Source of the DNA: Lewinellaceae bacterium
GTDB lineage: Bacteria > Bacteroidota > Bacteroidia > Chitinophagales > Saprospiraceae
Length of the DNA: 32,000 nucleotides
Direction: 5' to 3'
NCBI GenBank assembly: GCA_947476195.1
Contig: CANJPT010000010.1
Span: 17,167-49,166, forward strand
Part shown: positions 1 to 7,901 of the stretch, one piece after another
Layout: every line of letters starts with the position of its first letter
How positions within the stretch are numbered: the stretch's first letter is position 1
Translations under genes and position numbers: made by a program
Notes under the pieces: generated by a model
Database searches by the model: none
Seen by the model: only the letters and a program-made list of their open reading frames with translations
Told to the model about the DNA's origin: nothing

Positions 1-951
1 ACGAATTTCCCACAACACATAATCGAGCACTTCCTCCATCCGCGCCTGAATGATTCGGGCGAGGTTTTTCTCACTGATCTCTTTGTGATCACGGCCTTTC
101 AGACCTGGAATGGTGATGATCCGGTTGTCATAGACCTCAATAGCCAGGGCGGAGCCGAATTTAACTTTAAGTTTTTCCGCCTGCGCTTGCATGACGCTAC
201 ATCCTTCTTTGATGTCAGCTGTGATGACGTTACCGCCGAAAGGAATGACCGCTGTATGGCGGATGATCCCTTCGTGGAAAACCGTGATATCGGTAGTGCC
301 ACCACCAATGTCCACAAGCGCTACCCCTGCTTGTTTTTCCTCCTCGCTAAGGGTCGCGTCGGCACTGGCAATAGGCTCGAGTGTAAGGTCAGCTATTTTA
401 AGGCCTGCCTTCTCGATGCAGCGGGAGATGTTATTGACGGCAGTTATCTGTCCCGTGATGATGTGAAAATTTGCTTCCAATCGCACACCACACATACCAA
501 CCGGGTCAGTGATGCCCTGCTCCGAGTCTACGGTGAACTCTTGTGGGAAGACATGGATGATCTTATCGCCAGGAGGCAGCACGAGCTTGAACATGTCGTT
601 CACAAGGCGGTCAATGTCGCGGTTGGCGATCTCGGTGTGATCGCTTTCGCGGGTCAGTATGCCACGATGTTGCAGACTTTTAATGTGTTGTCCTGCAATG
701 CCAACGTGTACGGTGCGGAACTTCATGCGTGCATTGCGCTCGCAGATTTCCACGGCTTCGCGGATGGCTCCAACGGTTTTTTCAATATTGGAAACCACGC
801 CGCGCAATACGCCAGCACTTTCGACTTTGCCGATTCCGACGATCTCGAGTTTGCCGTGTACATTTTTGCGCCCGGCCAGACAGCAGACTTTTGTCGTGCC
901 AATATCCAAGGCAACGACCACATCTTGGGGTTGTGGGATAAACTCCGTCAT
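1..951 (-). CDS. ftsA: Cell division protein FtsA (N-terminal 317 codons; the gene continues past the left edge)
   Basis: Hand translation of the minus strand from ATG 951..949 gives MTEFIPQPQDVVVALDIGTTKVCCLAGRK...GVALVDIGGGTTDITVFHEG...LARIIQARMEEVLDYVLWEIR. The frame is open down to position 1. It carries the actin-like ATPase phosphate motifs DIGTTK and DIGGGTTD and lies directly downstream of ftsQ. It is absent from the ORF track because it has no stop inside the window. Confidence 0.93.
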   Translation of the reverse strand, partial: MTEFIPQPQDVVVALDIGTTKVCCLAGRKNVHGKLEIVGIGKVESAGVLRGVVSNIEKTVGAIREAVEICERNARMKFRTVHVGIAGQHIKSLQHRGILTRESDHTEIANRDIDRLVNDMFKLVLPPGDKIIHVFPQEFTVDSEQGITDPVGMCGVRLEANFHIITGQITAVNNISRCIEKAGLKIADLTLEPIASADATLSEEEKQAGVALVDIGGGTTDITVFHEGIIRHTAVIPFGGNVITADIKEGCSVMQAQAEKLKVKFGSALAIEVYDNRIITIPGLKGRDHKEISEKNLARIIQARMEEVLDYVLWEIR

Positions 952-1034
952 AATGTGTTAAATTTAAGTAATTTGAGTTTCGGTGTTATTTTTATTCGAA
1001 ATACCCACTTGGCGGTCGAAACTCTTTCCCGCCT

Positions 1035-1042
1035 CAAAGGTA
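1035..1042 (-). promoter_or_regulatory. Candidate Bacteroidota -7 promoter element (TACCTTTG, fits TAnnTTTG) in the 192-bp ftsQ-ftsA spacer
   Basis: The minus strand reads TACCTTTG about 84 nt upstream of the ftsA ATG, in an AT-rich gap. No convincing -33 TTTG partner was seen. The motif has only six fixed positions, so a chance match is plausible. Confidence 0.25.
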
Positions 1043-1143
1043 TTTGTATTTTAAATTTTTTGTTTTAATTTGATTAAAACATTTTGTAATTTTTGCATTT
1101 CGAAGAGTCCTGTTACATTCCAATTGCCTCACATGCGTCTACC

Positions 1144-1917
1144 TTACCGCTTGCATACCACCTGTCCACCGTACTTCAAATTAATCGTCTCATACTTCGT
1201 CCAGCCCTCGTACGGCATTCCCTGTTGGTAAAAGATCTTCAATCGGTTCAATTTGTCTTCCAGTTTTCGGGCTGAGCCCAACACTATTTTCTGATCTCCG
1301 ATAAGCGGGACGAGGATAAAATCGCCTGCATTATTTAGGTGGATCTGCTGGATAAACGCTTTTAAAAACTCGTCTGCCAGCAAGGTTTTCGTAAGGTTAA
1401 ACAGGTCTTTCAAACTACTTTTACGCTTTCCGAGAAACTCCGGCGTATAGGGCGAAACATTGCCTGTGGCCACAATGACCCGCGCTGCGAAATTCTTAGA
1501 GGGAGGCATCTTTTTACCCGTTTCATCGAGGTAGTAGTTGTTCCCATTATTATCCAACACACGCACCAATGGTTCGCGTTGTTCTATCTTGATATGGAGT
1601 TGGTTGTTCTGGTCAATGTACACATCTGCATTTTTTACAAATGGATCACTTTCCAACACACGTTCCATGCGTTCTAACTCCAGATTGGCAAGTTCCGAAT
1701 TCTCCAGATCAGCTCCAAATGCAGTCAATAAGGCCGTTCTCACATCACGATCACTAATCAGCTTGTCCCCACTTGGCAATTCCACCACATTCACCTGCAA
1801 CCCCTCGGCAAAGGTGTTTGCCTTTCGGTGGCGTGCCAAGAACCAGATCATCACGACGATGAAAAGGAACATGAGCCATGCGAGGCGGGGGTAATTTATG
1901 CGTGGTACGCTTAACAT
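1144..1917 (-). CDS. ftsQ: Cell division protein FtsQ (POTRA-domain, single-pass membrane protein)
   Basis: 257-aa ORF with an N-terminal TM segment (LAWLMFLFIVVMIWFLA). Its size and its position immediately upstream of ftsA in the dcw cluster fit FtsQ. Confidence 0.8.
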   Translation of the reverse strand: MLSVPRINYPRLAWLMFLFIVVMIWFLARHRKANTFAEGLQVNVVELPSGDKLISDRDVRTALLTAFGADLENSELANLELERMERVLESDPFVKNADVYIDQNNQLHIKIEQREPLVRVLDNNGNNYYLDETGKKMPPSKNFAARVIVATGNVSPYTPEFLGKRKSSLKDLFNLTKTLLADEFLKAFIQQIHLNNAGDFILVPLIGDQKIVLGSARKLEDKLNRLKIFYQQGMPYEGWTKYETINLKYGGQVVCKR

Positions 1918-1927
1918 TTTTTATTGT

Positions 1928-2245
1928 TTAACCTTCAAAATCCTGATGGTCTACTAAAATCAATCGCTTGTAAACGGCCTCCCAGCTCTCAAAAACAACC
2001 GTATAGGGCACTGTCGGAGTTTGTTCAGGCTTGATGCTCCAGGTCAGATGTACTGAAGCCCAGATCTCTTCATTCACTACTTTGACCAGTATCTCATCAC
2101 AATCATAGCGCCTTGCAATCAACTCTACCTGCTTTCCATACAAGGGATGTCCCTTTATTACTTCTTTGTATAGTTCTGAAACAAATCCTTCACCCCTCCT
2201 ATCCTCGGTTATAGCATGCCAAGGCTCTAATAGTTCATTTTCCAT
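1928..2245 (-). CDS. Hypothetical 105-aa protein inserted between murC and ftsQ
   Basis: ORF MENELLEPWHAITEDRRGEGFVSELYKEVIKGHPLYG...HLTWSIKPEQ... Its ATG (2245..2243) overlaps the murC stop (2235..2237) by 11 nt, which suggests translational coupling. It ends 10 nt before the ftsQ start. I recognise no family. Confidence 0.6.
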   Translation of the reverse strand: MENELLEPWHAITEDRRGEGFVSELYKEVIKGHPLYGKQVELIARRYDCDEILVKVVNEEIWASVHLTWSIKPEQTPTVPYTVVFESWEAVYKRLILVDHQDFEG

Positions 2246-3605
2246 GGCTCAACTGATGCTTTATCGGTTCAACAAATGTGTCGATATCCCCAGCGCCCAT
2301 GGTCAGCAAGATTTCTGGATGCCGGGTTTTTAGCTCGTTGAGCAGGTCTGTTTTCTGCAGCAAACTTTTATACTTCAAAGTCATTTTGTTCAGCAACATC
2401 TCAGAGGTCACTCCTGGCAAGGGCTGTTCACGAGCCGGGTAGATCGGCAATAAGATACACTCGTCCAGTTTGTCCAAAGCGGTTGCAAAAGCATCTGCAA
2501 AATCACGGGTACGGGTGAACAGGTGCGGCTGAAAAATACCCATGATTTTTTTGCCCGGGTACAACGAACGGGCAGCCTGAATAGTAGCTTCGAGTTCGGC
2601 CGGATGGTGCGCATAATCGTCCACATACACGGTTTCAGCGGTTTTAACGATGGTCTCGAATCGACGTTTCACCCCTTTAAATCCAGCCAAAGCAGCGCGC
2701 AATTCAGTGGAGAAACCACCTGCAGCGAGCGTTGCCGCTATAGCTGCTGTTGCATTCAGGATGTTGTGATTACCAGGATAATTTAATCGCAGATCATTCC
2801 AGTCGAAAATAGTAGATCGAAGTCCAAAGGCCGTTTGTCCGTCTACCACCCGCACATTATAGGCCTCATAATATCCTTCCTCAATCCCGAATGTAAACAC
2901 GAAACGGCCCGTAGCCAGCAGTTCTTCAGCCACATCTTCGAGTGGCAATCCGTATTTGTAAATTAGCTGGCCACCAGGTTTGATCTGGCGTGCAAACTGT
3001 TTGTAAGCTTCCACTACCGCTTGTGGCGTACCATATATGTCCAGGTGATCAGCATCAATCGAATTCAAGACTGCCACGTCGGGACTGAGATGAAGGAAGG
3101 AACGATCATATTCATCCGCTTCCACTACCACCCAATCACTTTTCCCTTCAACGAAATTGGAACCCAGGTTTCCAGAGATGCCACCCACAAAAGCCGTAGC
3201 ATCTACTCCTGAAGCCCGAAGCAAATGCGCGGTCATGGTTGAAGTAGTGGTTTTCCCGTGGGTACCTGCAATCGCCACACATTTTTTGGCCCGACTGATG
3301 ATGCCAAGTACTTCGGCACGTTTTTTAAGTGGAAAGCCACGTTCTATAAACCAGTTCATCTCGCTATGGTCTTTTGGCACTGCCGGAGTCCAAACAACCA
3401 GATCAATGCCTTCCGGGATCTGCTTCACATTGTCCTCATAGTGCACAAACATCCCCTCGGACACGAGTGTGCGCGTAAGCTCGGTTTCTGTGCGGTCATA
3501 GCCATATACCTCCGCACCATGCAGGCGAAAATAGCGGGCTAAGGCCGACATGCCGATGCCGCCGATGCCGATGAAGTAGATCTTTTTGATTGCGTTGAAT
3601 TCCAT
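2235..3605 (-). CDS. murC: UDP-N-acetylmuramate--L-alanine ligase MurC
   Basis: N-terminal MEFNAIKKIYFIGIGGIGMSALARYF (Rossmann-type GxGGxGMS) and the Mur ligase P-loop AIAGTHGKTTTS. I place the start at ATG 3605; the ORF track offers a start 12 codons further upstream at 3641. Confidence 0.93.
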   Translation of the reverse strand: MEFNAIKKIYFIGIGGIGMSALARYFRLHGAEVYGYDRTETELTRTLVSEGMFVHYEDNVKQIPEGIDLVVWTPAVPKDHSEMNWFIERGFPLKKRAEVLGIISRAKKCVAIAGTHGKTTTSTMTAHLLRASGVDATAFVGGISGNLGSNFVEGKSDWVVVEADEYDRSFLHLSPDVAVLNSIDADHLDIYGTPQAVVEAYKQFARQIKPGGQLIYKYGLPLEDVAEELLATGRFVFTFGIEEGYYEAYNVRVVDGQTAFGLRSTIFDWNDLRLNYPGNHNILNATAAIAATLAAGGFSTELRAALAGFKGVKRRFETIVKTAETVYVDDYAHHPAELEATIQAARSLYPGKKIMGIFQPHLFTRTRDFADAFATALDKLDECILLPIYPAREQPLPGVTSEMLLNKMTLKYKSLLQKTDLLNELKTRHPEILLTMGAGDIDTFVEPIKHQLSHGK

Positions 3606-3665
3606 TTTCAATGTTTGTATCCGGTGAACGTGGCCTGTCAATTCCTGTTAAAACCTAGATCAGTT

Positions 3666-4031
3666 TTATTTTTTCACCATTTTCAAGACCTCCTTTTGCC
3701 CGCCGCGATTCATTTCAAAATCCAGCGCTACTCCATCGTATTTGAGCAATTTTACAAGGATCTCTTGCTTACCGGTTTCAGTTGTGTAGAGTTTGTCTTT
3801 TTCTGTGCGCCAGGTTCCACTTTGATTTTGGTCGGTAAATTTGGCGGTATAAGTGCCATCTTCATTAAATTCAAACCCAACCTGTGTTGCATCGATGTTA
3901 CTTGGCTTGTCCATAATCAACCACTCCGTCCCCTGCCAATTGCCAAGCAACGCAGGGTTTTTATCGTTGACTTTCTGGCAGGCTAAAATAGTCATAAGTG
4001 CCAGTGCGAAGATTAAGCTATTGATTTTCAT
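3666..4031 (-). CDS. Small lipoprotein, lipocalin-like domain
   Basis: 121 aa. Signal peptide plus lipobox (MKINSLIFALALMTILAC). LLGNWQG...W and a beta-rich pattern are typical of lipocalin-like domain proteins. Its start overlaps the murG stop codon region by 14 nt (4018..4031). Confidence 0.7.
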   Translation of the reverse strand: MKINSLIFALALMTILACQKVNDKNPALLGNWQGTEWLIMDKPSNIDATQVGFEFNEDGTYTAKFTDQNQSGTWRTEKDKLYTTETGKQEILVKLLKYDGVALDFEMNRGGQKEVLKMVKK

Positions 4032-5148
4032 GTTTTAAAACTTTATATGTTAATTTAATGGATTCTCTTGCAATTGCATCTGCTGCATTCGGTCGTCCCA
4101 TCTGCCTTATACTTTCGCTTAGGCTAAAAGCAAGAGCTTCGCTTTCCAGAATCAGCATCGCATCTTGCAATAATTTCTCTCCTGCATCCCCGTCTCTAAC
4201 AAGACGAGCAGCGCCCTTTTCAACCAGTGCGAGTGCGTTTTTCGTCTGATGATCTTCTGCTACATTGGGAGAAGGCACCAGTATAGCTGGTTTTCCAACC
4301 AAACATAATTCACTGATGCTCAGCGCTCCAGCCCTTGAAATCACGACATCCGCCACTGCATAAAGTAAATCCATCCGATCAATGAAGGCAAAGCACCGAA
4401 CATTTGGCAATTTGGCTGTTTCCATCGCCGTGTATTCGTACTCATAAAATTTGCCACACTGCCAAATCACCTGAATACCGCCGTTTTTTTCAAAAAATTC
4501 CACATTATCACGCATCGCATTATTCAAAGTCCTGGCTCCAAGGCTTCCACCTATGACCACGATGGTTTTCTTTTCCGGGTCGAGATCATAGTAATTCAAG
4601 CCTTCCTCACGCTTTCCTTCCAGATGCCGAATGTCTGAGCGAACCGGGTTTCCCGTAAACACAATCTTTTCCTGCGGAAAAAACTGCTCCATATGATCGT
4701 ATGCTACACATACCCGAGCGGCCTTTTTGCCTAAAATTTTGTTGGTCACGCCAGCATAGGAATTCTGCTCCTGGATCAGCGTCGGGATACCAAAGCGCTG
4801 GGCCGCCCGCATGACCGGACCGCTGGCATACCCACCCGTACCGATCACAACATCTGGCTGAAACTTCTTAACAATGCTTTTGGCCTTCCATAAACTCCGG
4901 AGCAGCTTTATCGGGAATGAGAGATTTTTCAAACTCATGCTCCGCTGGAATCCTGCAATGTTCAGTCCCTCTATGGCGTATCCTGCTTTAGGGACGCGCT
5001 CCATTTCCATTTTGCCATGCGCACCTACAAATAAAAATTCGGCATCCGGACGCATCTTTTTTATAGCATCTGCAATGGCAATAGCCGGGAAAACATGCCC
5101 CCCTGTGCCGCCGCCTGTCACTAGTATTTTTAATCTTTGATCGTTCAT
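4018..5148 (-). CDS. murG: Undecaprenyldiphospho-muramoylpentapeptide beta-N-acetylglucosaminyltransferase MurG
   Basis: 376 aa with N-terminal ILVTGGGTGGHVFPAIAIA and GT28 architecture, in the dcw position after ftsW. It ends in TAG. Confidence 0.93.
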   Translation of the reverse strand: MNDQRLKILVTGGGTGGHVFPAIAIADAIKKMRPDAEFLFVGAHGKMEMERVPKAGYAIEGLNIAGFQRSMSLKNLSFPIKLLRSLWKAKSIVKKFQPDVVIGTGGYASGPVMRAAQRFGIPTLIQEQNSYAGVTNKILGKKAARVCVAYDHMEQFFPQEKIVFTGNPVRSDIRHLEGKREEGLNYYDLDPEKKTIVVIGGSLGARTLNNAMRDNVEFFEKNGGIQVIWQCGKFYEYEYTAMETAKLPNVRCFAFIDRMDLLYAVADVVISRAGALSISELCLVGKPAILVPSPNVAEDHQTKNALALVEKGAARLVRDGDAGEKLLQDAMLILESEALAFSLSESIRQMGRPNAADAIARESIKLTYKVLKHENQ

Positions 5149-5150
5149 GT

Positions 5151-5648
5151 TGCAACGCGAATTACGCGGATAGTGCGGATTTATGCAGATTAAATACTCA
5201 AGGTTATTTCGATGTTTGGTCTTTGTTTGCTTGAATTAGCATATCCCTTTCTTAAAAACTCGGGTTTTATTCCAAAATTTAAAACAAGACCAACCTCAAT
5301 TGGCATTGCTCGGAGATAATGAAGTAGCTGGGCTTCATGGGGATCTTCAATTGTTGCTTGCGCTTTCAATTCAAGAATAATCTTCCTTTCTACTACCACA
5401 TCTGCACGATATTTCCCCATCAGCATTCCTTTGTAATAACCCGACATTAGCTTTTCCTCTTCTATTCCCAGGCCCAATTGTCTTAACTCCTAAACTAAAG
5501 ACTTTGGGAAAATTTTTGCCCGAAAGCCGTAATGCAACTAGTTATAGACCTCAAAAAAGGCTTTCAAAATATTATCGGTCAATTCCTTGTGCAGTATTTC
5601 CATAGATTTGCTTTAAGTGTTAAAAAATCCGCGTAAAGCCGTGTTGCA
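5151..5648 (-). mobile_element. Decayed GxxExxY cassette bounded by an imperfect inverted repeat of about 21 nt
   Basis: The arms are 5151..5171 (tgcaacgcgaattacgcggat) and 5627..5648 (atccgcgtaaagccgtgttgca). The reverse complement of the right arm is tgcaacacggctttacgcggat, giving 18 matching positions with one 1-nt indel. The arms abut the murG start (5148) and the ftsW stop (5649), so the cassette fills the whole spacer. Confidence 0.5.
5190..5603 (-). pseudogene. GxxExxY-family (PD-(D/E)XK fold) gene disrupted by two in-frame TAG codons
   Basis: Hand translation from ATG 5603 gives MEILHKELTDNILKAFFEVYN*LHYGFRAKIFPKSLV*ELRQLGLGIEEEKLMSGYYKG...ADVVVERKIILELKA...EAQLLHYLRAMPIEVGLVLNFG. 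The stops are TAG at 5540..5538 and 5492..5490, in the same frame as the 95-aa ORF listed in the track. The signature motif has degraded to GFRAKIF. Confidence 0.8.
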
Positions 5649-6782
5649 CTATTCTAGTGATTCAATATACTTGGAAACACTTAAAATCATTCCCAGTGAG
5701 ATACACGTAAACAACACACTCGTTCCACCCATTGAAACAAGGGGCAAAGTCAATCCAGTGGCTGGCACCAGATTCAGATTTACCGCCATATTGGCAAGTG
5801 CCTGCACCGTCAGCATCAAACTGAGACCTATGGCTAAAAATGCTCCAAACGCCTTGGGACTTTGGGTAACGAGCCGCACATTTCGCAAAAACAGCAGCAC
5901 GTATAATGCTAACACGATCGTTCCACCCACTAATCCATATTCCTCACAGATAATCGCATAAATAAAGTCTGCACTACAATATGGCAGGTAATGTCGCATC
6001 ATAGAATTTCCAGGACCATTCCCAAAAATGCCACCTTTAGCAATGGCAATTTTAGCTTGTTGAACCTGATACCCGCCATCTTCATCATGGAGAAAGGTTT
6101 GAACGCGTTTTTCCCAGGTGTCTACCCTGACCAAATCAAGTTCCGGATAAACCTTACCAATACCAACCAGGATGACAAAAACCAACACCCCTAACATCAT
6201 CATCATGATGATGTATTGTGCACTTACCCGCCCCATGAACATTAATAATATACAGGTGGCGAACAAGATCATAGCCGTACTAAGATTGGAGGGTGCAATA
6301 AGTCCACAAACCAAAACTACCGGTATGATGATTGGAAAAAATGCCTGTCTGAGACTAGTGATATACTCTTGCTTCAATGTCAGAGCCCTTGCCACATAGA
6401 TAATAAGGGCAATTTTTGCCATTTCCGAAGGCTGAAAACTGAAGCCTCCAAAACTTATCCAACGATTTGCATCATTGATATTCGTACCAAAAAAAAGCGT
6501 AAAAATCAATAAAGGGATCGTCAACAATAGAAGTGGACGCGCCAATTGCTGGTATCGCCGATAATGTATCAGGTGACCCAGATAAATAAGAAATAAGCCG
6601 AAGGCCAGTTTTACAATATGCCCCATGATCATACCAGTCGTATTACCCCCATGGGTACGCCAGGCCTCCCAGCCAGAGGAGGAGAACACGGCCAGAATGC
6701 TGAATAAGCTCAGCACGGCCACGATCATCCAGATGGTACGATCGCCCCTAAGTTCTGCTGCTATGCGGTTGCCGAGTGACAT
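5649..6782 (-). CDS. ftsW: Peptidoglycan glycosyltransferase / lipid II flippase-family protein FtsW (SEDS family)
   Basis: 377-aa polytopic membrane protein with FtsW/RodA/SpoVE-like sequence (...LPYCSADFIYAIICEEYGLVGG...TGLTLPLVSMGGTS), located in the dcw cluster. Confidence 0.9.
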   Translation of the reverse strand: MSLGNRIAAELRGDRTIWMIVAVLSLFSILAVFSSSGWEAWRTHGGNTTGMIMGHIVKLAFGLFLIYLGHLIHYRRYQQLARPLLLLTIPLLIFTLFFGTNINDANRWISFGGFSFQPSEMAKIALIIYVARALTLKQEYITSLRQAFFPIIIPVVLVCGLIAPSNLSTAMILFATCILLMFMGRVSAQYIIMMMMLGVLVFVILVGIGKVYPELDLVRVDTWEKRVQTFLHDEDGGYQVQQAKIAIAKGGIFGNGPGNSMMRHYLPYCSADFIYAIICEEYGLVGGTIVLALYVLLFLRNVRLVTQSPKAFGAFLAIGLSLMLTVQALANMAVNLNLVPATGLTLPLVSMGGTSVLFTCISLGMILSVSKYIESLE

Positions 6783-6806
6783 ATTATTGCGGTGGACGGT
6801 TTGCAG

Positions 6807-7877
6807 TTATTTTTGAGATGCCAGTACTTTTTGATAAAACTCAATGTATTGTTCGGCTGATTTTTCCCAGGTAAACCGGGCTGCCCAAGACTCTATTTTT
6901 TTCCCTTTGCCGGGGTTATTTTCAAACTGTTTCATACCGTTGGCAAAAGCCTCAACTAAAGTGTTTGGTTCAAAATCATTGAAATAATATGCTTCTACGC
7001 CTCCGATCTCCGGAAGGCTAGTTAGCTTTGAAAGAAAAACCGGTTTCCCAAATGACATGGCTTCTATTACCGGCAATCCAAATCCTTCAGAAAGAGAAGG
7101 GAAAAGTAGCGCTGTACAATTCTGGTAGAATTCCATTTTTGCTTCCTCTCCAACCGGACCACAGAATTCGATTCGATCTGCCACGCCAAATCGTGCTGCC
7201 TCTTGTTCAATTTTTGCCTGATATCCGCGACTGTCTGGCCCGGCAATGATCCATTTATAAGCCTTAAATTCAGCCAAAAGCGGCATCAACACGTGATAGT
7301 TCTTCTTCGGATGAATGCCAATTGAAAATAGGAATGGACCTTGGTCCTTAGAGCCCTGAAACTTGCCACCTGGTCCTTGATACTTAAAACTTCCACCATT
7401 ATAGATCACTTGTTCTACTTTTCCCTTTGGGACCTTCAAAAGCTGGTGAACCAAATTCCGCACATATTCAGAGATATACACCAGGCCATTTGCCCGCTTG
7501 ATCTTTTGCTGCATTGCCACCATCCTGTGGCTTTTTTTCGCTTCTGAATAATCCGGGCGTTCCAGAAAATTCAAGTCGTGAATCGTAATCACCAGTGGCG
7601 TTTTACGGCTGCGTGGCATGTATGCTGAATCTTGATGCATACAATGCCAGAGTGACTCGCCAAAATCTGGACCGATGATTTTATGCCAGGGTTTTACCGC
7701 TTTATATTCCATTCCGTTGCCAAACTCCCCCTTGCACGCTGCTGGAACCAGGCAAGCAAAACCCAGGCCTGCATCCGATCCCTCGACTGCAAATGCACGA
7801 CCCAGCTGTAGGCAGTATTGCCCCAGACCGGAGTACGGGTTTCTTAAGCGTTCCATTTCCAGTGCGATGGTTGGCAT
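6807..7877 (-). CDS. Glycosyltransferase, GT4 / Glycos_transf_1 type
   Basis: 356 aa with the C-terminal signature PSLSEGFGLPVIEAMSFGKPVF (EX7E-type motif of retaining GT-B enzymes). It sits between murD and ftsW, where canonical dcw clusters have no gene. Confidence 0.85.
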   Translation of the reverse strand: MPTIALEMERLRNPYSGLGQYCLQLGRAFAVEGSDAGLGFACLVPAACKGEFGNGMEYKAVKPWHKIIGPDFGESLWHCMHQDSAYMPRSRKTPLVITIHDLNFLERPDYSEAKKSHRMVAMQQKIKRANGLVYISEYVRNLVHQLLKVPKGKVEQVIYNGGSFKYQGPGGKFQGSKDQGPFLFSIGIHPKKNYHVLMPLLAEFKAYKWIIAGPDSRGYQAKIEQEAARFGVADRIEFCGPVGEEAKMEFYQNCTALLFPSLSEGFGLPVIEAMSFGKPVFLSKLTSLPEIGGVEAYYFNDFEPNTLVEAFANGMKQFENNPGKGKKIESWAARFTWEKSAEQYIEFYQKVLASQK

Positions 7878-7901
7878 TTTTATAAATTAAGCGGTTTTTT
7901 C

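Noticed and set aside
85-1068. A 327-aa plus-strand ORF, the longest ORF in the track for this region.
   Set aside because: It is antisense to a clear ftsA reading frame on the minus strand, which carries DIGTTK and DIGGGTTD. Its own product is low-complexity with no motifs. It is a shadow ORF.
5490-5540. The two in-frame TAG codons in the GxxExxY gene might reflect amber read-through or stop-codon reassignment.
   Set aside because: murG (stop at 4018..4020) and ftsW (stop at 5649..5651) both terminate at TAG at positions consistent with full-length proteins. The GxxExxY motif itself has degraded to GFRAKIF. Ordinary pseudogenisation is the simpler reading.
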